64,000 nt of DNA from Lophium mytilinum (Eukaryota): assembly GCA_010093605.1 (NCBI GenBank), contig MU004198.1:374726-438725 (forward strand), read 5' to 3'. Position numbers and translations under genes: made by a program. The notes under the pieces were generated by a model. The model ran no database searches. It was not told where the DNA came from and saw only the letters and a list, made by a program, of their open reading frames with translations. Shown piece after piece: positions 1 to 11,387 of this stretch (the first letter of the stretch is position 1; every line of letters starts with the position of its first letter).

Positions 1-1
1 T

Positions 2-925
2 TCAAGACCGACAACCGAAGATGATCGCTTTGCACCTGTCGATTATGCCGCCATATCTTCCGAAGCTGATGTGCAGGCCATATATATGGACCTCAGGAAG
101 CGCGGTGAACGAGCCATGAAAGACCGGTTCGGCCCATATCCCCGTTCCGACGAAGAGTTCAAAGAGCTCTGGGTCGAACAACACACTCGATTCGACAGTC
201 TGTACAAGTTCCTGCATGTGGTAAACCCGCTCGCGGTAATGGAGTTGACTATCTTATTCTGGACCTTGACGAAGATGATTGGGCATATTGGCGCTGGGCG
301 GATGAGAGCCAAAATGGAGAACATCAGGCTGTGGGGAAGAGTTGAATACCTTGAAGAGTTTGTAGAGTGGCAAGAAAAGCAGCTTGACCGTCTGTCTACA
401 GTCAACCATGAAGCCTCACCGCCAGGAGGAGAATCCTTTGAGGGCTTTCAAGGAGGTTCGCGCGACGGAAGTCATGTCACTGAAAATGCGTCTTCAACAA
501 CACCGCCTCCCATTTTCGATGAGGACGGCCAAGATGCAGCAATAGAGGCGCTGCGACAGGAATTCCAGCACCTCCTACTTTGCCACAACAAACATTCTAC
601 ACCACCAGACCCCAACGATGTCTCTAACGCGACCGATGGAATCAGTGGTAGCGGTGAGCCTTCTTCAAAAGATGGTCCTTCGACCCACGCAACTCCCGCA
701 ACGGGGGCAAGCAATGGCGAAAACTCATGCGACAGCCACAGCGGGGTGCGGGATCCGGAAACCATGGAGCCCGAACAGGCCCCTCAAGATGGAAGGAAGC
801 ATCTACTTGATGACGGAATTTGTGGCATCGGAGTGGAGTCGGACGCAAACCACCATAGTATGCGAGGACTACAGAACTACACCAGTCGCATGATGAAGGC
901 ATACAACCAGCACAGAAAACTTTGA
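2..925 (+). CDS. 3' part of a hypothetical protein; begins upstream of the window
   Basis: The frame is open from base 2 (SRPTTEDDRFAPVDYAAISSEADVQAIYMDL...) to TGA at 923-925. The N-terminal part looks helical and the tail is disordered. No family recognised. Confidence 0.6.
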   Translation, partial: SRPTTEDDRFAPVDYAAISSEADVQAIYMDLRKRGERAMKDRFGPYPRSDEEFKELWVEQHTRFDSLYKFLHVVNPLAVMELTILFWTLTKMIGHIGAGRMRAKMENIRLWGRVEYLEEFVEWQEKQLDRLSTVNHEASPPGGESFEGFQGGSRDGSHVTENASSTTPPPIFDEDGQDAAIEALRQEFQHLLLCHNKHSTPPDPNDVSNATDGISGSGEPSSKDGPSTHATPATGASNGENSCDSHSGVRDPETMEPEQAPQDGRKHLLDDGICGIGVESDANHHSMRGLQNYTSRMMKAYNQHRKL

Positions 926-1619
926 GGCCCTCATTTGGCGTAGGATTCCGTTCATACCAATTGAACTGTTTTCAAGATCGAAAACCACGGATCCAGGTAT
1001 AGTATGGCTCGAGATGTAATGTGGTCTTTTGCGTTCTCGTTACATGCTCAAGCGTTCCCTCAAAAGGTACTGCGGGAGGAAGACACGGCGCAATTCTGCG
1101 AAAGCCGAACGGAATGAAAATTGACGAAAGGCTGCGATGAAGCTTGGAAGTGTTTGCTATCGTGTAGCTTCTTCAATGGGAGGTACAGACTAAGGAAGGA
1201 GGAAGAGGAAACTATTTAGGTTTCCTGACTGCCGGACTTTAAGTCTCCATTCTGTGTATCCAAAGCCTTCTTTCCGCTCTACTCTGTCGTGAATGAAACC
1301 TCCTTCTTTACTACATGTCGATTTCGCATGCACTAACCCAACACTACCCGTACTGATTGACCCAGCCTTCCTCTGAGTCGCCGGATCCTTAAGCAGGACA
1401 AGACTCCTAAGCTATGGAGTGTTTAGAAGGATAAAGATGCCTCCTAGGATCCATGTGTTGCAAGACTAACATGCTGCCCAGGTTTCATAGAGCCCGTTGT
1501 AACTAATTCAGCAGTGTCGAGGAAGCGCAAACGAGCCTTCACAGATAGCGCTACACCTACAGCCATCAACACAGCCCGATTCGCGTGCGCTCGTGACCAC
1601 TAGTGCACTATCCGCAACT

Positions 1620-2327
1620 TCATTTGATCCCGACAGCCTGGAGGAACTCATTCTTTCTCCCCGCTCCGTCGACTTCAATGCTCTTGACTAGCTCGCCCAT
1701 TGTCTCTACCTCTTTGACGCCTCTCAGATGTTCAAACTCCCACAGCTGCCCCTCTTCCTCGTAGCGCACCTGGAAAGCTTGCCAGTTTTCCTGCTTCAGC
1801 GTGCTTACGTGATCGTTCACTGCAGACACCGGCCCAGAGAAGATCATGACACCTGGATATCCGGGTTTGGTGATACCTGAGACGCCGGGGATGGCGGGGT
1901 TGAGTGCCATTTTTCGCTTCGAAGTGGCTAAAAGATGATGGAGCCAGATAACGACTGTTTTCGAGCCCGGGATGCGCTCATGTTGCTTCTCGGCCGGCAT
2001 GTTATCATGTGCAGCCTTATTTTGGTCAAGAAGACCCATAAATGAGGGAATAATCGCGTCGAGGGACTCTTCGCCTTCGGCGAGCTCAAGCTTGGCGATC
2101 TCGGCTTTCATTCGATTTCGCAGGTCGGTCTTGTACGAATCACTCGCAGATACAACCTCGGGAATGCCAGAGCTGGGATAACTTTCAGGAAGGCGAAGGA
2201 GCAATGCAGCGGTATCTTGCGCGAACTTGAGTTCCTTGGACTTTTCTGTAAAGGTGATTTGGTCAGGGTACATGGCGTGCAGGAGTTCCAGCTCCATAGC
2301 AAATCGGTCATCTTCGGAGGCTGCCAT
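1620..2327 (-). CDS. RWD-domain protein (RWDD2/DUF1115-like)
   Basis: Intronless 235 aa ORF. It has an RWD-type N-terminus (ELELLHAMYP...LPESYP) and RWDD2-like C-terminal motifs (IWLHHLLATSKRK, GITKPGYPG). Confidence 0.85.
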   Translation of the reverse strand: MAASEDDRFAMELELLHAMYPDQITFTEKSKELKFAQDTAALLLRLPESYPSSGIPEVVSASDSYKTDLRNRMKAEIAKLELAEGEESLDAIIPSFMGLLDQNKAAHDNMPAEKQHERIPGSKTVVIWLHHLLATSKRKMALNPAIPGVSGITKPGYPGVMIFSGPVSAVNDHVSTLKQENWQAFQVRYEEEGQLWEFEHLRGVKEVETMGELVKSIEVDGAGRKNEFLQAVGIK

Positions 2328-2635
2328 GTCGATCGATGGGCAGATAGGATGTTGGCATCACATCTTCACAGGCTGATGAGGGAAGAGTTGAGATGGGACG
2401 GAAGGAAGTTGGGAAGAGCGGCTCGGTGTTTGTTTTTGCCGCATTGGAAGGGGTTTAGCTTCCCCCGCACGTCCCGTTAATCTTTCCCTCTTCCTTTCGT
2501 CTCATCTTTCTTCCCATCCATACCGTCTGCAAATACTCAGGATCTAGCTAATGTACTACGTTGTTCATGTCCTTCATTTCTATCTTTGTTCAGCTAAATT
2601 ATGCGTCTCATCTCGATCATGCGTCTATCTAGATC

Positions 2636-4612
2636 ATGCGTCTTTTGAATACCCGAACACTGCAGCTTGAGGAGTTCGGTGGGGATAAGAGTCCACAGTA
2701 TGCCATTCTATCGCATACCTGGGGAGCAGACGAAGTCACGTTCCAAGACCTGCAAAGTCATGGAATCACTCGAGGAGAAGAGAGGTATTCCAAGATTGAA
2801 GGATGTTGCAAAGTGGCTGCCGCAGATGGATTTGACTTGGTATGGATAGATACGTGCTGTATCGACAAAACCAGCTCATCCGAGCTATCAGAGGCCATCA
2901 ACTCCATGTATCATTGGTATCAAGAGGCCGAGGTTTGTTATGCCTACCTTGCAGATGTCTTATGTCCGGACGATTTGGCTTTTCCCATCGAAGGCTTCTC
3001 GAACAGTCGTTGGTTCACGAGGGGATGGACGCTTCAAGAGCTGATTGCACCTTCGACCGTTGTCTTCTTTTCCAGCGATTGGCAAGAGATCGGGACGAAA
3101 GGGAACTTGCCGGACTTGATATCGAAAATTACTGGTATACATCCGACCATTCTCATGGGAGAAAGCCCCGAGACTGTAAGCGTAGCACAGAGAATGTCCT
3201 GGGCATCCAAACGCAAAACTACGCGGATCGAGGATCTAGCTTACTGCCTTATGGGTCTCTTTGGGATCAACATGCCGATGTTATATGGTGAGGGGGAGCA
3301 ATCCTTCATCCGGCTTGAAGAGGAGATCATGAAGATCACAGACGACCACAGTATCTTTGCTTGGAGGACGTCCTACATGGCTCCCCATGATGGCGGTATT
3401 CTTGCAACCTCTCCAAAATTCTTCGCCGACTCAGGCAATGTCATCCGATGCGATAACAGCAAAAGTGTCAATGCGCCGATTACCATTAGCAACATCGGAG
3501 ACCATCTGAATCTTCCGCTCGAAGATCTGCGGAGAGTTCACAGGTATGTTGCAGTGCTGAACTGCAGAGACTCAACGGACCTCAATACTCAGCTTGGGAT
3601 CCACCTCCGGGACGTTTCAGCTAGGAAAGAAGACTACACGCAAACGAAGCAGTACTTTCTACGTGAAAGATGTCATATCCTCGACAAGATACACGTTGGC
3701 AAGGTTCGAGAGCTTCCATTGACAAGCATTTGCGTATTGAGAGGCCGCTCTGCTCGCAAGAAAGATCAGAAGTCCGAGCGAAAGTTCATTCTGGAAACGG
3801 ATGTGACATGGAGGTATGGATACGTCGCCGAAGCATTTCCACCAAAAGCCCTCAGTGAGCACCTCAGTACAAAATCATCGCAAATCAAGGTACTCGAGGA
3901 CGGCTCAGTCTGTGTCTTGTTATTCCGCTGCAGCTCCAACTCCCGCCGCCCAGGTCGCGATGGAGAGAGCTTTGCCGTTGCACTCAGGAAGCGTGTCAAC
4001 GCCGTACAATCAAACCTGATCACTGGCATTCAAGGATCAGAAACTGCCGAAGATATCTACATCTCATACCAGCAACCGGCACCAGAGGATGATAGTGACA
4101 GCTACAAAGTTCCGCAGTTTCAAATATCGAATTCGTCTACGGGAGCCGACCCTATCAAAGAAACCAGACACTGGCAAAGCGAATCTAGTCCCATAAAGCC
4201 CTTACTCTTTAAGGGAGGTCGTTCAGGGAAGGTCCGTGTTCTCATCAAACGTCAATTAAAAGATGTCCAGTCCGACAATCTTGCCATTCCTGCGCGAGAG
4301 TTCGGCATACGTCACGCTGCGCGGACGGAAAAGATCTCGTTTGATGTCCTGGAGATTAGGCTCCGACTATCTCGTTTGAATAGCGAAGGTTCACAGATGC
4401 CTCGGTTTTCGCCAGCAGACTGGACTTCTAGTTTGAGTCCAGGAACTTGGACAATCGCAGCGGCTACCTCGCCGGAAGCCGAATCAAAGGATGACATGGA
4501 CATATATTCTTCAACGATAGGCCCTTCGCATGATTACCTTCCGGTTCCACAGCAGGTACACCACACTACGAGAACGAGGACTCCAGAAGTACAAGTCACA
4601 TTTGAGGAATGA
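2636..4612 (+). CDS. HET-domain (heterokaryon incompatibility, PF06985-type) protein
   Basis: Canonical HET motifs are present: MRLLNT, YAILSHTWG, WIDTCCIDK, ELSEAINSMYxWY, SRWFTRGWTLQELIAP, RMSWASKRKTTRIEDLAYCLMGLFGINMPMLYGEG. Confidence 0.93.
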   Translation: MRLLNTRTLQLEEFGGDKSPQYAILSHTWGADEVTFQDLQSHGITRGEERYSKIEGCCKVAAADGFDLVWIDTCCIDKTSSSELSEAINSMYHWYQEAEVCYAYLADVLCPDDLAFPIEGFSNSRWFTRGWTLQELIAPSTVVFFSSDWQEIGTKGNLPDLISKITGIHPTILMGESPETVSVAQRMSWASKRKTTRIEDLAYCLMGLFGINMPMLYGEGEQSFIRLEEEIMKITDDHSIFAWRTSYMAPHDGGILATSPKFFADSGNVIRCDNSKSVNAPITISNIGDHLNLPLEDLRRVHRYVAVLNCRDSTDLNTQLGIHLRDVSARKEDYTQTKQYFLRERCHILDKIHVGKVRELPLTSICVLRGRSARKKDQKSERKFILETDVTWRYGYVAEAFPPKALSEHLSTKSSQIKVLEDGSVCVLLFRCSSNSRRPGRDGESFAVALRKRVNAVQSNLITGIQGSETAEDIYISYQQPAPEDDSDSYKVPQFQISNSSTGADPIKETRHWQSESSPIKPLLFKGGRSGKVRVLIKRQLKDVQSDNLAIPAREFGIRHAARTEKISFDVLEIRLRLSRLNSEGSQMPRFSPADWTSSLSPGTWTIAAATSPEAESKDDMDIYSSTIGPSHDYLPVPQQVHHTTRTRTPEVQVTFEE

Positions 4613-6889
4613 CCCACGCCATATCTGCTACTATCTGAGCGTTATCATTGTGTCTCGCGGTTATGCCAGGTGCAATGTTTGTATGTATCTTCATTTGTCC
4701 TCCTACTACATCATGCTGTCTCTGGACCTGCTCGTCGCAATCCACAATGCATGGGAAAGTGCCTCTCTTGTTCTCTGCCTTAATCTGCTAATTCTCCCCC
4801 TAGATCAGAAGCCTCTTCGTCAACCCCATGGACCTTCCAGTATCTGCCCAGGAGCCGTTTCTCATGGCAACCCTCCTCCGAGCATCAATGGCTCTTTGTG
4901 TGCGGGTTTGCTCAAATCTAGAAGCTTGAATCTCGAAACGATCAAGCGATATTGGTTTCCCGCAAAGAGTTGATCAGCCTGTCGCAAAAAAAGTCACCGC
5001 CTCTATATCACTTCGCAACTTCTCCGTCCGTCTACGCGGCCCTCCGGGTCCAGATTTAAGATTCAAGTGAGCCTGCCTTAGCTTCGCTCGAAGTCTAGTA
5101 GTCTCAAGCATTGCGCAGAAGTGCAAGCTCGAGCGGGGTAGTAGTCTTTTTCTTAACTGCAAGGACCAGACTTCGAAATTTTCTTCCTAGCCCGGCATTT
5201 CGTTGTCAAAGGACTCAACCTGATCACCGAGTTTTCATGCCTTGCGCAAGGTGACCTATGACCAAGTTCTATCCGGTGTCCAACATGGTGATATTACCAG
5301 ATTGCGACGGCTCAGTGAAGAGTTTCCATTACCAAGCTTGAAACGGTATGCAACTTAGTGTTGTTTATTGGAGTATTTAATGTCGCTTATTTTCCGGTCC
5401 CCCTAATCTTAGGCGGGGCGTGCTTTTTCATCCAACATTGTTGACAAGTTGCTAGAGAAAGTCAGTCCATTACCAGGCTGGAATCCTCGAGCAGCTCAGC
5501 TTTGTTACCAATTTAGAATCCTGAAGCAACTCAGTGTCAATAACCAAATACGATTCAGCGCGAGGGTCGGAAATGCTGCCAAGTATCAAGCAGTCAGGAG
5601 ATTTAACCACCAGGTCCATCCGTGCGCCCATAACTGCCACCACCTACCCTGCTGGGCCAGCTCTTCTTCCTCAGCCTGGTCTACCTCTCGTTCATTCTTC
5701 CTCGTCTCTTCTAGCCAAGTGTCAGCTAGGCAAAGAACGGCAATATCGCGAGATCGCCCGCCTATCTCAGTCTTAGACGGTCTTTTGGTCGCAGCGCCGG
5801 ATTTTTGACCGCGTCCACGAAGGGAAATCCGGAAAGTTCAAAGAGCCGTCAGAGTATCGTTGTAGTGTTCGATATGGTGCGTGTGTACCAGCCTCGACGA
5901 TTTAGAAGAAGGTTCGCGGCCGGCTTGAGCGCGCAATTCCAATTTGAGTTCCGGATGCACGCTAACGCGGCCACAGCACCGCCATAGCAAGATTGGAGAT
6001 GCGCGACATCAAAAACAACATCTATCTACTTTCCATTCGCACTATCCGAGAAACTTAGAACAGAAAACTCCAAGCCAGAATATCACTTCAGGGTGTCACG
6101 GATTGTTCGTGTGGCATTGTCAACCTTAAGATCGTTGCAAAGGTTAGAAAGAAAGAGGGTCGACGGAACCGTGATGCTAGGGAATAGTAGTGCATGATAG
6201 CTACGTGCGTTGCCTTTTGGCTTTCGATAACGTGTTGGAGTACCACAGAGAGTAGGGAGGTAGGTCAACTTTCCATGTATGAAACGCTCTATAATTTAAG
6301 CCCTCTGCGACACACTACGTCGGATTTCTTTTCCTGTGCCGAAGGACCTCAATCAGCGACAACTGACTGTGCTCAAGCTTTTAGTATCACAATGGAATAC
6401 TATTTTTCGATATACGAGAGTGAGAAATGAGCTTAAGATAAGCACGGAGCTTAGATGCTGAAGGTCATGGGTGTCACGATCACGTTGAGTAAGACAGTCA
6501 AAGTAAGTATACAAGATCTATTCATTATCACTCTATCCTACCCCAGTCATCTATCCTCCGCGCTATGCTAGGGGGCCTGAGGCGCCGCCTAAGCTGCCGC
6601 GCAACGTCTTGCATTGCCATAGCCGTTACCAGCGGGCCTCCTCGAAAGTGGCGCCGACCGGGTTACAGGCTATCCTAGCGGGCCTTAAGGCACCGGCGAG
6701 GTTGCTGTACGACTGGGCTGATGTGCCCTACAACGAGGCTAAGCTCCGAGTCTCATGCTGTGTTGCTGCAAGCTGGGTGTGGCTCCTGGTTCAGCGCACC
6801 AGCTCACACAGCAAGACGTGCTAGTACGTAGGTGTTGCACTGCGCGAATGCTGCCGATCATTCGGTGTGCTAACACGCTGGTAGAAGGT

Positions 6890-7808
6890 CTACCGCCGCC
6901 TTCCGCTATTATGCTCGTCCATCATACGGCGACCGTAATCCCCAGCTCCTCGTGTCGAGCGGTGGTTCGAATCGGACTCATGGCCAGCGCCAGCGCGAGA
7001 GTTCGAGGCGGCGCCGAGAAGGGAACGTCTAGGTTCAGACGTAGAGGGCGGTGCGGCGTGCCAGGGACGTCCAATCTGGATACTGTTAGCGACGGGGCGG
7101 GGCGACTGACCAACAGGGGCCGACTCTCTGAAGGAGAGGTGACGAGCCTGTTCTATCACAGATCCCCTAGCAGCGAGGGGTGAATGGGCTCGTGTGCCTT
7201 GGTGTGTGGCCGAGCTCCTAGTCTCCTCCATCGCATGTGTCAAGGCACCCGTACTCGCGGATGGATCTGGGGCAGCACCAAAGTGGTCTGCAAACGCAGC
7301 AAGAGTGCTCATAGCTGGAGAAACGCCAGACAGGCCTTCAACCACAGCAGGAGTAGCTAATGCTGGGGCAGCACCAAAGTGGTCTGCAACCGCAGCAGGA
7401 GTGCGCATAGCTGGGGAAAAGCCAGACAGGCCTTTAACAACAGCAGGAGTAGCTAATGCTGGGGCAATGCCGGAAAGGCTTGCATCCACAGCAAGAGTAG
7501 TCGAAGCTGGGAAGAGCTCTTCCCATAGTGCCCTGGCACGTGCCTCCTCGGATTCAGGATCAAGCGGAGCAAGAAGGTCACGCTCTTCTGCTGAAAAACC
7601 CAACGCTAGGGCAATGCCGAATTGGGCTGCATCCGCAGCAATGGTAAATGGCGCCTGGGACGGTGTCCCGGCAGCCGCGCGTGTTGGAAGACCAGGCGAC
7701 TTAGGTCGCTGTTTAGCTAAGTACCGGTTAGCAGATGCCTCTTTCTTCAGTTCCAGCCATAGAGTACTCGCCTTCGCTCACCGGTTGGCGTTTCCGTCGT
7801 CGCGCCAT
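6890..7808 (-). CDS. Orphan Ala/Pro-rich protein with an internal 32-aa duplication; possibly truncated
   Basis: ATG at 7808 (MARRRKRQP) is followed by a short intron with a GCTAAC branch point. Splicing joins it to the long frame containing ORF 6890-7603. A TATAAAAA lies on the minus strand near 8281-8288. Confidence 0.45.
7267..7466. repeat. 96-bp coding tandem repeat, about 2.1 copies
   Basis: CTGGGGCA starts recur at 7267, 7363 and 7459. The minus strand encodes APALATPAVV[K/E]GLSG[F/V]SPAM..ADHFGA twice. Confidence 0.9.
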
Positions 7809-8941
7809 CGTGAATAAAGTGGAGAAGTGAACGTTGTGAGCGAGAACCTGTTGTTGATAGATTAAAGATCCGCGCTAGTCTGTTTCGGGATGCGCTAACG
7901 CACCCACCCCAAGTCTTGCCAGGCGACTTTGTAGCATATCCCTGATGCAAAGAAAAAAACCAGATCTTGATTGTGGCTTTTAGATCATCGTTAAGCTCTT
8001 GATAAGTCTCATGCAGTCGCTAGCAATTTTCCTGGCGCAGAAAGCTTCGGCTCAGTAATTGGGATCCTCATTGATACTCTCACATTGTGTAGGATGTTGA
8101 AAAGGATCTTGCGATGCTTACTCCTCATTCGAGCCATACGCATCACGGCATGTAGAAGCATGGAAATTATGCTATCTTGAGTTTCCTTGGAGCATATCGA
8201 TTCGGTCTTCGCGTCCTCGTATACAGTAGTCTAATACCTAGGTCTAACTGAAATGGCACGTATCTCTTTAGGAAGCAGCTTTTTTATACATACAGCGAGC
8301 AGCCAACAGCATCGCAGAGGAACGCAGCTATGTTCTTTCCTTTCGATGATTCACTACCTTGTATCTCCACAATGTGCGTTAGATCAGGAGAGCGCGTAGA
8401 CGCGGGCGAATGTGCCAAGACTTGTGCGAAGGTGAATGAAATCGTAGAAAAGAGCATTCAGCGCTTGACCGGCGCGGTCGGCAGAAGGAGGTGGAAACTG
8501 GCGGATCCGGAGACTATTCACTACTTGCTCGAGAACGCCCAGGCTCGACGCGCCTTCGCCCACATAAAAGCCTCCTCGCAGTCTCCTCAACCCTCTCTCC
8601 TCCACCAACCTTGAACAAGCACCACCACACCAACAAGCACTTTTCTCAAGCAGCCACCACCGACACCAGCTTCCAGCTTTCAGTCTCCAGCCAGAAACGT
8701 GCTTGTATCGACCGTCGTGTACGCACACTGTACATTGTTCCAGGACTCTACCAGGTTCACAATTCACCACCATTTCTCGTGTCCTGCGACATATCTCCCG
8801 CTGTCGCGCCAGCTGTCGACCTCATCCTCAACAACACACACATCCACCACACCACCGCCTCTCGTCTCCACGTACAAGCACAAGCTTGTCATCACTTCCC
8901 AACACACACCTCTACCGTTCATCTTCACGAACCCACTCAGC

Positions 8942-11083
8942 ATGTCTGCTTTCGACATCACCAACGTCGACGAGGTCACCGGAACCGATCAGTCCAACAC
9001 CAACATCAACGAGGCTGCCGGAACCGCTCCGATCAAGGCAGCTCCCATCAAGCGCAAGAGGGCCAAGAAGGAGCCCAGCATGTTCTTGGAGGACCCGACG
9101 AGGAAGGTCCAGCCTAAGTCCGCGGCCAAAGTTCCTGATACCCCGACACTGGACACCTACGACCCCAACTACGTCCCTCCTCGCGTACCCATGAGCCACA
9201 TCAGCACCCCGATGACCGCTCGCAAGGACGTGTTCGTTGACCAGAACTTGGTCAGCTTGAATGTTGCCGGCCGCGCTGAGTTGGCCTCCACCCCCGCGGG
9301 TCGAAAGCAGCTTAAGGCGGAGGAGACTGGGAAGAAGCCCGCGAAGAAGCAGATCAGCAAGATAGAGAAGGTGATGAAGGATCCTTCCCAAGCGGCCCGG
9401 AACCAGGAGATCCAGGCACAGCGTGCTGCGAACGGTGCGGATCTGGTGGCTGCCCGGAAGGCGGATAGAGCAGCCAAGGAGGCTGCCAGAGCAGCCAAGG
9501 TGGCTCAAAGGAACGCAAGGGAGGCTCAAGAAGCTCTCCCGAGCCCCCCAAGCCCTCCTCAGAAGCTTTCGGCGGACAAAGCGGCTCTCGATGCGCTGTT
9601 TTTCGGCGATGATGAGCCCGAGGTTCCGGCCGAGAAGAAGGTGGTCCAGGAGCTACCCAAGCAGGAGGTGGCCAAGGAGTTGCCCAAGAAGAAGACAGCG
9701 CCGAAGAAGGAAGCGGACGAAGAGCCGCCAAAGAAGAAGTCAGCGCCTAAGAAGAAGGCGGAGGAACCAGAGGTCATCAATCTGGACACAGACGATGACG
9801 AGCCCAAGATGGCTGTTCATGACCAGCCAAAGAAGGCCATCAAGTCTCAGGCCAAGCCAGGTCCTTCCGACCCCACAAAGCATGCAGCTGGTATGGCCGA
9901 GTGGAACAAGAATAAAGAGAGGAGCTCGAAGTCCGCCCTCCCTCAGGCCGCGCTCCCAGGCTTCATTGCGCCTCGCAAGCGGACTGCACACGCTGCCGAG
10001 CTTGAGACGACCCTTGACGACGACGCGCCCAAGCAGCGGGCCCTTCACCCGATGAAGAAGCTGAAGCTGAAGGAGTCTGGCTCGGAGGAGCTGATGGAGG
10101 TCGAAGACACTTCCATGCTTGCCACGGAGCCTGAGAAGGTTCACCATGAGCCAGGTGCCCCTCTTCCAACACCTCCACGTGAGGCAGATCCTTTGTTTGA
10201 AGACGAAAGCGAGGAGGAGGACGAGGATGACGAGAAACCAGTCGAATTCAGCGGTCTGGTTATTGTAGATGAAGATGGCAACGAAATGGACCATCCCCTC
10301 GCCGTCGCCCCGGGCCCCTTCAATCCCCAACGTGAGGTCCCCTCCAAACCTCCACCGAAGAAGGAGCCCGCGAAGCGTACCTCTCTCAATACGGTCGCTG
10401 GAGGCCGCGTCACCAAGAGCACCACCCCGGCCAAAAAGGCAAAGGTCACGAAGGAAAAGGCCGCCCCCAAGCCAAAGGCCGCCCCCAAGCCAAAGGCCGC
10501 TCCAAAGCCTAAGGCTGCTCCCAAGCCGAAGGCCGCCCCAAAGACCACCAAGCGTGGCAAAAACGCCGCAGCTTCTGGACTACATTCCATCAAGGCCCTC
10601 TTTGCCATGAACAAGAAGGACCTCTTCTCTGAGCTCGCGGAAAGTGGCCTGGACATCAACCCCGAGGAGACTGAGCCGCTGCCCCCCATCCTAGCCCGCA
10701 AAGCCATTGAGGACGCCGAGAAGCTCGTCAAGTCCCTCAAGGACGACTATAATGATGAGATGGGGCCTCATTATGGACACGACGGGCAGAAGGCGGAGGA
10801 GGAGATTGAGGCCCGGGTCCAGCAGAGAGTGGAGAACGCGATAATGGCATACATCCGTTCAATGCACCCGGATGATGAGGCCGGTGATGCCCCAGCGGTG
10901 GCCCAATATCAGGCGTATAAGGAGAAGATGGAGGAGGAGCAGGAGCAGGAGGATGAGGACGAAGAGATGGTGAATGAAGAATATGGGGACCTTGAAGCAG
11001 AAATGACGGCAGCGCTCCAGGGTGATTACGAGGAACCCCCGCAGGCGATGAACGACGACTCCTCCGAATCCGAAGAGGAGTAG
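8942..11083 (+). CDS. Low-complexity Lys/Glu/Pro/Ala-rich protein (about 713 aa) with KAAPKP repeats and acidic tracts; probably nuclear
   Basis: Long intronless ORF with strong codon bias from ATG 8942 (MSAFDITNVD). It has an NLS-like IKRKRAKKE, five KAAPK(P) repeats and an E/D-rich tail. Confidence 0.8.
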   Translation: MSAFDITNVDEVTGTDQSNTNINEAAGTAPIKAAPIKRKRAKKEPSMFLEDPTRKVQPKSAAKVPDTPTLDTYDPNYVPPRVPMSHISTPMTARKDVFVDQNLVSLNVAGRAELASTPAGRKQLKAEETGKKPAKKQISKIEKVMKDPSQAARNQEIQAQRAANGADLVAARKADRAAKEAARAAKVAQRNAREAQEALPSPPSPPQKLSADKAALDALFFGDDEPEVPAEKKVVQELPKQEVAKELPKKKTAPKKEADEEPPKKKSAPKKKAEEPEVINLDTDDDEPKMAVHDQPKKAIKSQAKPGPSDPTKHAAGMAEWNKNKERSSKSALPQAALPGFIAPRKRTAHAAELETTLDDDAPKQRALHPMKKLKLKESGSEELMEVEDTSMLATEPEKVHHEPGAPLPTPPREADPLFEDESEEEDEDDEKPVEFSGLVIVDEDGNEMDHPLAVAPGPFNPQREVPSKPPPKKEPAKRTSLNTVAGGRVTKSTTPAKKAKVTKEKAAPKPKAAPKPKAAPKPKAAPKPKAAPKTTKRGKNAAASGLHSIKALFAMNKKDLFSELAESGLDINPEETEPLPPILARKAIEDAEKLVKSLKDDYNDEMGPHYGHDGQKAEEEIEARVQQRVENAIMAYIRSMHPDDEAGDAPAVAQYQAYKEKMEEEQEQEDEDEEMVNEEYGDLEAEMTAALQGDYEEPPQAMNDDSSESEEE
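10457..10543 (+). repeat. 18-bp coding minisatellite (KAAPKP x about 5)
   Basis: AAGGCCGCCCCCAAGCCA-like unit repeated with synonymous changes. Confidence 0.9.
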
Positions 11084-11387
11084 CCCTCTGGTTCTTCCTT
11101 TTCTTTACTTTTGTTATACTTTAAGCGAGTTTTGTTATATTGCGGGTCTTCTAGTGCCTAACAGCACTAGCTAAACTAAGGCTTCTTTTGTGTCTTTTAG
11201 AGGATTCCTTGTCTTTTCATAGGGTCGGTTGTTTGTACATTTGGTTCTGTCCCCTTGCGATATGTTTGCGAACTACCTCCGAAAGGGTAGAGTATGCTTT
11301 GTAGCTGCAGTAGCTAAGAATGGGAACTATATCTACATATACGGATCTCTTTGCTTGACATGATAAATTGGGCTGAAGCAATAGTGA

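Noticed and set aside
8699..8941. N-terminal extension of the 794-aa ORF
   Set aside because: It has a non-ATG start and the C/A-rich composition typical of a 5' UTR; ATG 8942 is preferred.
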